The notes under the pieces were generated by a model. That model was not told where the DNA came from, did no database searches, and was given only the letters and a program-made list of their open reading frames with translations. Made by a program: the position numbers and the translations under genes. Positions 1-5,254 of a stretch of DNA of 6,561 nt are shown piece by piece. Each line of letters begins with the position of its first letter. Positions within the stretch are counted from its first letter, which is position 1. The stretch is from a virus, in the IMG/VR virus record IMGVR_UViG_3300007790_001770, positions 1 through 6,561 of that record, one strand, 5' to 3'.

Positions 1-91
1 CAACTGGTCGACTGGCTCGCCCGGCAATTGCGAGCAGTTCATTCGTTATCTGCAAGGCTTCAAGTCGGGACGGCAGGAGCCGCGTTCGTAC
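1..91 (+). repeat. Terminal direct repeat, copy A (identical to 6471..6561)
   Basis: Base-by-base comparison shows that caactggtcgactggctcgcccggcaattgcgagcagttcattcgttatctgcaaggcttcaagtcgggacggcaggagccgcgttcgtac is present at both ends. Confidence 0.97.
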
Positions 92-619
92 AAGACGACC
101 GGCGTCGCTTGGGGCGAGGGGTCGAAATACTGGTACGCTAAGGTGTACGACAAGGCAGGCGAGTATTTTCGCCAGTGCGGCAAGCAGGCCAAGGGCTTCA
201 ATGCCGACCTGTTTGCATACATGACGACGAACGGCATAGCGCGCCACGAAATCAGCCTGAAAAGCCGTTACCTGAAACAGAACAACCTGTGGCGCTTCAC
301 TCATTGGGGTATGGGCATGCAAACCGAAGATCGCGTATATGCGCTGTTCAACGATGTGATCGGGGGCGAGACCCACGTAGATTCGTTCCTTGAGATTCCA
401 GGGCGAGCCGGAGAGCTGGCGGTCGCGTGGCGCGATGGTGCCGACCTGAAAAAGCGGCTCGCGCAAAACACGTACTACCGCTACCGGCGCGAGCTACTCA
501 AGTATGGTATCGATATTGCGGTGCCATCGAACGTGAAGCGGTTGCGCCAGCGGGTCGAGGTTATCGCGCTGTCTCCGGCCCCGGTGCCTGACTGGTACGT
601 CCTTCCAAAAGTCGCCTGA
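1..619 (+). CDS. Rolling-circle replication initiation protein (gpII-like), C-terminal part (codon phase starts at position 2; 1..91 duplicates 6471..6561)
   Basis: The frame is open from the window start to TGA at 617..619. It contains KYWYAKVYDKAGE (YDK..E at 146..163), which resembles the catalytic-Tyr motif of Rep_trans/Phage_CRI-type initiators. The M at 143 in the track is an internal GTG (Val) codon. The joined ORF 6058..6470 + 1..619 is 1032 nt (343 aa). Confidence 0.85.
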   Translation, partial: NWSTGSPGNCEQFIRYLQGFKSGRQEPRSYKTTGVAWGEGSKYWYAKVYDKAGEYFRQCGKQAKGFNADLFAYMTTNGIARHEISLKSRYLKQNNLWRFTHWGMGMQTEDRVYALFNDVIGGETHVDSFLEIPGRAGELAVAWRDGADLKKRLAQNTYYRYRRELLKYGIDIAVPSNVKRLRQRVEVIALSPAPVPDWYVLPKVA

Positions 620-758
620 CTTCCTCCGGCCTGCTCAGGCCCACTCTCAAGACGGCCTCGACGTATACGCCGAGGTGCGTCTCTTCCTTTACCGCTTGCA
701 GCTTTAGTTGAGCGTGCAAAGCCGGGTCGATGTTTAGAGTTTTAGTTGTTGGGGCCAT
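561..758 (-). CDS. Ribbon-helix-helix (Arc/CopG/ParG-like) transcriptional regulator, candidate phage repressor
   Basis: The 65-aa product TKTLNIDPALHAQLKLQAVKEETHLGVYVEAVLRVGL fits the beta-strand / helix / turn / helix RHH pattern. The fold-forming core is encoded in the rep-to-gpV-like gene gap (620..758). It is the only minus-strand gene. There is no obvious SD upstream of the ATG. Confidence 0.7.
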   Translation of the reverse strand: MAPTTKTLNIDPALHAQLKLQAVKEETHLGVYVEAVLRVGLSRPEEVRRLLEGRTSQAPGPETAR

Positions 759-768
759 GTAACAAGTG

Positions 769-783
769 ACGAAAGTATTTCGT
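769..783. promoter_or_regulatory. Palindrome ACGAAA-GTA-TTTCGT, candidate operator
   Basis: Perfect 6-bp arms (769..774 and 778..783) sit 11 nt from the RHH start codon and abut the candidate -35 box. Confidence 0.4.
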
Positions 784-812
784 TGACTTGTATCATTATT
801 GCCGCTTACTAT
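783..812 (+). promoter_or_regulatory. Candidate sigma70-type promoter for the structural operon (TTGACT-N18-TACTAT)
   Basis: TTGACT is at 783..788 and TACTAT at 807..812, in the most AT-rich stretch of the window, about 75 nt upstream of the gpV-like start. On the opposite strand, AATAAT (800..795) is a possible divergent -10 for the RHH gene. Confidence 0.35.
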
Positions 813-865
813 TGCTCCCGCTGTATTACTTTTTCCCTAAATCACTATTTCGCGTTTTTACTACA
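806..865 (+). repeat. Four direct copies of a T[TC]ACT-containing 8-mer (TTACTATT, TTACTTTT, TCACTATT, TTACTACA)
   Basis: Copies start at 806, 826, 842 and 858 (spacing 20/16/16 nt) inside the promoter/5' leader of the gpV-like gene. Confidence 0.35.
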
Positions 866-886
866 GTTCAATATCTCGGGGGTCAC

Positions 887-1186
887 ATGAAGTTCCAAGT
901 TGTATCACTCAAGCCGATGGAAGGTGTCGGCAAAGAAAGCAAGCGTCCTTACAAGATGCTGATTTGTTCGGGCATCTACACCAACGCCGATGGCACCGTC
1001 GAGCTGGGCGAAGTGGTTTTCATGGAGCGTGCTGGCCATCCGATCCCAACGCACTTGAAACCCGGACAGAGCTATGTTCCGGTTGTGTCCGCCTCGTCGC
1101 GTCAAGGTCGTCTCCAGTTCGAAATTGTCGAGCTGAAGGAAATGACCGTGGTGGGCGCAAAACAACCAGCTGCCGTAGCGGCCTGA
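887..1186 (+). CDS. ssDNA-binding protein (gpV-like)
   Basis: ATG at 887 is preceded by GGGGG (878..882). The 99-aa product shows spaced similarity to Ff gpV: KRPYKMLIC versus GKPYSLNEQLC, and LKPGQSYVPVVSASSRQGRLQFEIVELK versus APGLYTVHLSSFKVGQFGSLMIDRLRLV. It lies immediately after rep and before the coat genes. Confidence 0.75.
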   Translation: MKFQVVSLKPMEGVGKESKRPYKMLICSGIYTNADGTVELGEVVFMERAGHPIPTHLKPGQSYVPVVSASSRQGRLQFEIVELKEMTVVGAKQPAAVAA

Positions 1187-1189
1187 TTT

Positions 1190-1435
1190 ATGGCTGTCTG
1201 CGCTCGGGCGGTTCAGCAGGCCGACAGCACTTTGGTGCTTGCGCTCGACCCGACAGCCGCTGATTTGTCGGCGTGTCCCTACGTCGTGCAAAGTGGTGCG
1301 GAGCTTGGCGACACCTTGTTGACCATGTCCGCGCAGGATGGCGCGCTTGCTTCCGGAATGATCGTTTCGGTGTGGCTGGCCGCCTATTTCACCCGTGTCG
1401 TTATCGACATTTTTAAAGTTAGGAGTCCTGAATGA
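1190..1435 (+). CDS. Small membrane protein, positional analogue of minor coat proteins gpVII/gpIX
   Basis: The 81-aa ORF starts 3 nt after the gpV-like stop, and its stop overlaps the coat-protein start (ATGA at 1432..1435). It has a C-terminal hydrophobic segment GMIVSVWLAAYFTRVVIDIF. An internal ATG at 1325 would give a 36-aa product of gpVII/gpIX size. There is no clear SD. Confidence 0.55.
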   Translation: MAVCARAVQQADSTLVLALDPTAADLSACPYVVQSGAELGDTLLTMSAQDGALASGMIVSVWLAAYFTRVVIDIFKVRSPE

Positions 1436-1632
1436 AACGCTTCGCAAAAAAAATCGCTGCTGGTGTTGCCCTGGCCGGTGTTGTCGCAACGAACGCCATG
1501 GCCGCGCTGCCGCCTGAAGTCGAAACCGCTGCCACTGCGGCCAAGACCGATATCGCCGAGGCTGGCGGCATCATCATCGGCGTGGTCATCGCCATTGCTG
1601 CTGTCGGCTGGGTTCGTCGCGTGATTCGCTAA
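1432..1632 (+). CDS. Major coat protein (gpVIII-like) precursor
   Basis: AGGAG (1421..1425) lies 6 nt upstream of the ATG. The 66-aa product has a signal peptide MKRFAKKIAAGVALAGVVATNAMA with an A-x-A cleavage site. The 42-aa mature part has an acidic N-terminus (E,E,D,E), a hydrophobic core GGIIIGVVIAIAAVGW and a basic C-terminus RRVIR. Confidence 0.92.
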   Translation: MKRFAKKIAAGVALAGVVATNAMAALPPEVETAATAAKTDIAEAGGIIIGVVIAIAAVGWVRRVIR

Positions 1633-1655
1633 TCGCAGCGTCACGTAACGAAAAA

Positions 1656-1677
1656 GGGGCCGTGTGCCCCTTTTTTT
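1656..1677 (+). terminator. Rho-independent terminator after the major coat gene
   Basis: Stem GGGGC (1656..1660) pairs with GCCCC (1666..1670) around the loop CGTGT. It is followed by T7 (1671..1677) and preceded by A5. Confidence 0.85.
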
Positions 1678-1703
1678 CCGCTTATTTTTTCGGGGGGTGT
1701 CTC

Positions 1704-1772
1704 ATGGCTGGTGCTGGTTTGTTGGTGATTCTCGCTACGTGCGGGGCGTTCTGGATTTTGCTTCGTGAGTAA
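1704..1772 (+). CDS. 22-aa hydrophobic micro-ORF (MAGAGLLVILATCGAFWILLRE), candidate minor coat protein or coupling leader for the gpIII-like gene
   Basis: A GGGGGG SD (1692..1697) lies 6 nt upstream of the ATG at 1704. The TAA stop at 1770..1772 overlaps the GTG start (1765) of the next gene by 8 nt. The ORF is too short for the ORF track. Confidence 0.45.
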   Translation: MAGAGLLVILATCGAFWILLRE

Positions 1773-3225
1773 GTGGCTCGGTGCCCTGTTGCTGCTGCTG
1801 GCCGGGGGCCCAGCGTTTGCGTATGCGCCTGATTATCCGGCTGTGTTCAAGGAAGCGATGTTCAACAACAGCGGTGGCAAATACACGTATTGGCCCGATC
1901 CGCAGGAGGCGTGTATCTGGTCTACTGGTAGCAATCCAATCTCGAGTTCATCAAGCGTTGCAAGTGCGGTTTTCACGCTTGAGGGCGAGCGTAATTTGAG
2001 CGCTTCCTACGTGTGTACGTGGACGTACAAAACGGGTGGGACGAATGTCGTCAGCAGATCCATTCGGTTTCATTGTCCCTATGGCGGGACGCTGAATGGC
2101 AGCCTGTGCGTCAAGGTGCCGGACGGTCAGGGCGAGCCGAAGCTATGCGATGACAAAAACCCGTTTATCCGCCGTTGGAACTATCCAGGCGCAGGCCCGT
2201 ATCCAGCGCCCAGCCATTACAACGGTTGCGTGGTGGTTCCGCTAGAAATGATGGTGTGTCGCAAGGAGGGGACGGCCTCCTATTGCATGTGGATGGTGAA
2301 GCGAACTGGCGAGGTCTATACCGGAGCGCCCGACACGCCGGGTACTGGCGCCAGCGACACGCCGGATAACCCTGACGCTCCGCCGACCAAGTCGCCGCCG
2401 ATCGTCAATCCACCGGCGCCTGATGCGCCCCCCGGTTCGGCGCCGTGCCCGACCGGCACAGTGCATGCGGGTACGTCTGCCGATGGTGTGCCGATCTGCA
2501 TGGGGACCGGCAGTTCGCCGCAAAACCCGCCAGCGCCGCCGCCAAGGATCGAGTCGAGCAAGTCCGAGGACTTGCCGGATGGTTCGACCAAAAAGACGGA
2601 TACGGTAACGCAGACAAATTCGGATGGCTCGACCACGACCACGACAACGGTCACGATCACCCGGCCCGATGGAACCAAGGAAACTAGCGGTGGAACCGTT
2701 ACTTCGAAAACGCCGTCCGGCATGGCCGGGAGGACCGACACACCTGAGAACGATAAATACGACCTGTGCAAGACGAACCCGAATCTTTCGATTTGCCGCG
2801 AGAGTTCGGTTAGTGGTACGTGTGGGGAGGTTGTGTGTATGGGTGATGCCATCCAGTGCGCCACGTTGCGCGCCGCGGCTGCGATGGAATGCCGGCAGAA
2901 GCAGGACCGGGAGGAGCTGCAGGTGCGGCCCGAGGTGGCGTTGGGCGACCAGATTTTGGCCGGGGCCGATCCGATGAAAGGACAGATTGACGAGGCGTTG
3001 AACGGTGGGCCGGTTGCCGATTTCAGCGCACCAGGGCTTGACCAGAGCGGCTTTCTCGGTGCCGGGTCGTGCCTCGCTTCGAAGTCGTTTTCCGCGTTCG
3101 GGCGCACGGTCCAGCTTGATACGGCAGTCCTGTGCGCTGACATCGAACCCTTGAAATACGTGATCTTGGCCGTGTCGTTCCTTGCGGCTTACATGATCAT
3201 TTCCAAAGCTGTGTTGGAGGCATAA
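1765..3225 (+). CDS. Minor coat / host-adsorption protein (gpIII-like)
   Basis: The ORF has a GTG start and a signal peptide MSKWLGALLLLLAGGPAFA. I count 18 cysteines. Pro-rich and Thr/Ser-rich linkers lie at about 2323..2445 and 2500..2760. A C-terminal membrane anchor LKYVILAVSFLAAYMIISKAV is present. It sits between the major coat gene and the gpVI-like gene. Confidence 0.85.
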   Translation: MSKWLGALLLLLAGGPAFAYAPDYPAVFKEAMFNNSGGKYTYWPDPQEACIWSTGSNPISSSSSVASAVFTLEGERNLSASYVCTWTYKTGGTNVVSRSIRFHCPYGGTLNGSLCVKVPDGQGEPKLCDDKNPFIRRWNYPGAGPYPAPSHYNGCVVVPLEMMVCRKEGTASYCMWMVKRTGEVYTGAPDTPGTGASDTPDNPDAPPTKSPPIVNPPAPDAPPGSAPCPTGTVHAGTSADGVPICMGTGSSPQNPPAPPPRIESSKSEDLPDGSTKKTDTVTQTNSDGSTTTTTTVTITRPDGTKETSGGTVTSKTPSGMAGRTDTPENDKYDLCKTNPNLSICRESSVSGTCGEVVCMGDAIQCATLRAAAAMECRQKQDREELQVRPEVALGDQILAGADPMKGQIDEALNGGPVADFSAPGLDQSGFLGAGSCLASKSFSAFGRTVQLDTAVLCADIEPLKYVILAVSFLAAYMIISKAVLEA

Positions 3226-3522
3226 ATGGGTTTGTTCCTTTCGGGCTTGATTGGCGCGCTGGCGGCGTCCATGGGCACGTTGGCCGGGCGCGTGATGATT
3301 GCGCTTGGCTTCGGTGTCGCTACCTATTCGGGCATCACGGCGGGCGTCGAATCGCTCAAGCAGACCGCGATTTCGCAGCTTAGCGGCTTGCCTGCCGACA
3401 CCGTGTCCATGCTCGGTTTTCTGTGGGTTGACAAGGGGCTGACGGTGATTTTCTCGGCGTTCGCCACGGCGTTGACGATGCGGACGGTTGGCGGGTCGAT
3501 CAAAAAGATGGTGTTGAAGTGA
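3226..3522 (+). CDS. Small integral membrane minor coat protein (gpVI-like)
   Basis: GGAGG (3216..3220) lies upstream, and the ATG directly follows the gpIII-like TAA stop. The 98-aa product has several hydrophobic segments (LFLSGLIGALAASMGTLAG, VMIALGFGVATYSGI, LTVIFSAFATALTM). It lies immediately before the Zot-like gene. Confidence 0.75.
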   Translation: MGLFLSGLIGALAASMGTLAGRVMIALGFGVATYSGITAGVESLKQTAISQLSGLPADTVSMLGFLWVDKGLTVIFSAFATALTMRTVGGSIKKMVLK

Positions 3523-4721
3523 TTACGCTGTTCACTGGCCTGCCGGGGAACGGCAAAACGCTCTTTGCGCTTACGTACATCAAGGAGAAAGCGGAGCGTG
3601 AGAACAGGCAGGTGTTCTATCACGGCGTGAACGAATGTACGCTTCCCTGGACACCGTTCAAGGCCGAGGAGTGGATGGACCTGCCTTACGGCTCGATGGT
3701 CCTGATCGATGAATGCCAGTTCGTCTTTCCGCGCAAGCCGAACGGTTCGGTGCTGCCTGCGTTCTACGAGAAGCTTGCAACGCATCGGCATTACGGCTTC
3801 GATATTTTCTTGATCACTCAGCATCCGACGCTGATCGATAACTTCGTGCGGAAGCTGACCGGGCAGCACTTTCATTCGGTACGCAAGTTCGGTCTGAACC
3901 GGGCGACGATCTACGAATGGTCACAGGTGGCCCCAGCGCCGGAAACGGCTGCTGCGCAAAAAACGGCGGTTCCGCTGAAGTGGGCTTTCAACAAGGAGGC
4001 GTACAGCTGGTATAAGTCGGCGGAGGTGCACACGGTCAAGCGCGCGATTCCGGCGAAGTTGTACGTTGCAGTCGCTTTTGTGGTGCTGGTGCTCGCTGCG
4101 CTGTACTGGTTCGTTGACCGTTTCAATGAACGACGCGCGGCGGAGGAGGCCGGTCAATCCACTGTCGCCCAGGTTGCGCCGGTCGCATTGCCGGTTGCTG
4201 CGCCAGCTGGTGGTGCGTCTGGTCCTGTGCCGTTCGACCCGGTCGCTGACGCGAAACACTATGTCGCGATGCAGACGCCGCGCATCGAAGGCTTGCCGCA
4301 CACAGCGCCGAAGTACGACGCGATCACGGTGCCGGTGCGCGCTCCGGTGCCTGCCGCCTGTATCCAGATGGGCGACGTTCGACAGCCTGACGCGAATATT
4401 CGCTGCAAGTGCTTCTCGCAGCAAGGGACGCCGATGGCTGTCGAATTCAACATGTGTCTGGAGATTGCGCGCAATGGCTATTTCCGCGATTTCGACGCGG
4501 ACCGTGACAGTCGGCAGTCGCAGCGTGCGGAAAACGGCGTAGCGGTGCTCCAGAACCGGCAGGAGGCCGGACCTAGCCCTACCCGCGATGGACCCACGGT
4601 GCTGGCGTTTAACCACGTTCCTGACGCCCCCAGGGCGATTGCTGCGCCTTCGGTGATTGATGACGGCCCGCCGAATCCGAATGCTCGTGCACGACATGCG
4701 CAGGTCCCCTCGGCGCAGTAG
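3519..4721 (+). CDS. zot: Zot-family assembly ATPase (gpI-like)
   Basis: The GTG start overlaps the upstream stop (GTGA at 3519..3522). The N-terminus MITLFTGLPGNGKT is a Walker A motif and MVLIDECQ is a Walker B motif. YKSAEVHT is followed by a transmembrane helix LYVAVAFVVLVLAALYWFV. A Cys-containing periplasmic C-terminal domain follows. Confidence 0.93.
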   Translation: MITLFTGLPGNGKTLFALTYIKEKAERENRQVFYHGVNECTLPWTPFKAEEWMDLPYGSMVLIDECQFVFPRKPNGSVLPAFYEKLATHRHYGFDIFLITQHPTLIDNFVRKLTGQHFHSVRKFGLNRATIYEWSQVAPAPETAAAQKTAVPLKWAFNKEAYSWYKSAEVHTVKRAIPAKLYVAVAFVVLVLAALYWFVDRFNERRAAEEAGQSTVAQVAPVALPVAAPAGGASGPVPFDPVADAKHYVAMQTPRIEGLPHTAPKYDAITVPVRAPVPAACIQMGDVRQPDANIRCKCFSQQGTPMAVEFNMCLEIARNGYFRDFDADRDSRQSQRAENGVAVLQNRQEAGPSPTRDGPTVLAFNHVPDAPRAIAAPSVIDDGPPNPNARARHAQVPSAQ

Positions 4722-4727
4722 CGGAAG

Positions 4728-4763
4728 CCGACCGCAGACCGCGACCGACCCGGGCGCGGTCGG
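4728..4763 (+). other. GC-rich stem-loop with alternative pairings just after the gpI-like stop
   Basis: CCGACCGC (4728..4735) pairs with GCGGTCGG (4756..4763). An alternative stem is GACCGCG (4738..4744) with CGCGGTC (4755..4761). GACCG occurs three times (4730, 4738, 4743). The T-run at 4779..4784 is 15 nt away, so this is not a canonical terminator. Confidence 0.4.
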
Positions 4764-4785
4764 AGGGCGGCTAGTTCCTTTTTTA

Positions 4786-4874
4786 TTTATCGTCACCGTT
4801 ACGCAAAAGCCGCACTGAGCGGGATTTTCGTTGCCGTTACAAAAAATCATTTGGATTTATCGTTACGGTGACGG
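4786..4874 (+). repeat. Iteron-like direct repeats plus a 13-bp imperfect inverted repeat in the intergenic region upstream of the accessory cassette
   Basis: The direct repeats are TTTATCGTCACCGTTAC (4786..4802), TTTTCGTTGCCGTTAC (4825..4840) and TTTATCGTTAC (4856..4866). CGTCACCGTTACG (4791..4803) is the reverse complement of CGTTACGGTGACG (4861..4873) at 12 of 13 positions. An inner hairpin CCGC-actga-GCGG (4810..4822) is flanked by A4/T4. Confidence 0.5.
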
Positions 4875-4903
4875 AAAATACGTTTCATTGCTTGGGAGGA
4901 ATT

Positions 4904-5254
4904 ATGGCGCGTAAGGATAATGTGACGGTTGAATTGCCGGGATTGCCCCCGCGACGTGGGCGACCGGCTACGGGAAAGGCGAAGAGTGGCGCGGAACGGC
5001 AGCGGGCATACCGGAAGAAGTTGCGCGAGGCTCAGGTTAGCGGTGTCCAGATATCGCCAGGGTCGGGCTGGCGGTCTGAGAAGGAATACGAGGAATTGAG
5101 ACGAATGATGAATTTCAGTCGCAATTCCATGTTCAAGATGGAGCAGAACATTCTTGCGTATCAGAAGGAAATCGCGTTGCTGGTCGAGGAACGCAGAAAA
5201 CTGTTCGCCGAGGTCGAGCGGTTGCAGGCGGAATTGGCGCGGAGGGGCAAGTGA
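4904..5254 (+). CDS. Hypothetical basic-region plus coiled-coil protein (bZIP-like architecture), candidate DNA-binding regulator
   Basis: ATG at 4904 has a GGGAGGA SD at 4894..4900. The GTG at 4868 in the track has no SD. The 116-aa product has an N-terminal basic stretch PPRRGRPATGKAKSGAERQRAYRKKLRE. Its C-terminus EQNILAYQKEIALLVEERRKLFAEVERLQAELARR has heptad-like spacing of hydrophobic residues. Confidence 0.7.
   Translation: MARKDNVTVELPGLPPRRGRPATGKAKSGAERQRAYRKKLREAQVSGVQISPGSGWRSEKEYEELRRMMNFSRNSMFKMEQNILAYQKEIALLVEERRKLFAEVERLQAELARRGK

Noticed and set aside
788-886. N-terminal extension of the gpV-like ORF (132-aa version starting at 788)
   Set aside because: The extension lies in the AT-rich promoter/repeat region and encodes an implausible MYHYCRLLLLPLYYFF leader with no SD. 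The ATG at 887 has a G5 SD and gives a 99-aa protein of gpV size.
905-1489. 194-aa minus-strand ORF antisense to the gpV-like gene, the 81-aa ORF and the coat gene
   Set aside because: It lies entirely antisense to well-supported + strand genes. The product is Arg/His/Gly-rich and low-complexity, with no SD and no motif. This is the typical shadow ORF of GC-rich DNA.
2316-3143. 275-aa minus-strand ORF, plus several 60-117-aa ORFs in other frames, inside the gpIII-like gene
   Set aside because: They overlap a gene that has a clear signal peptide, linkers and an anchor. The products are Arg/Pro/Ser-rich with no recognisable features. The repetitive Pro/Thr coding DNA keeps alternative frames open.
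3324-4850. Minus-strand ORFs 3324..3875 (183 aa) and 3921..4850 (309 aa) opposite the gpVI-like and Zot-like genes
   Set aside because: The sense-strand genes have diagnostic Walker A/B and TM features. The antisense products are extremely Arg-rich, as expected for the reverse complement of GC3-rich coding sequence. No RBS is present.
4868-4903. GTG start at 4868 for the coiled-coil gene (128-aa version)
   Set aside because: There is no SD upstream of 4868, which lies inside the inverted-repeat arm. The ATG at 4904 is preceded by GGGAGGA.
4906-4935. Possible XerCD dif-like attP (gcgcgtaaggataatgtgacggttgaatt); also considered 783..800 (ttgacttgtatcattatt) and 6000..6028
   Set aside because: Each shows only scattered matches to the GCGCATAA-TGTATA-TTATGTTAAAT type consensus. 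The arms and the 6-bp spacer do not line up. The 6000..6028 repeat has a 7-nt spacer and unrelated arms. The question cannot be settled without the host dif sequence.
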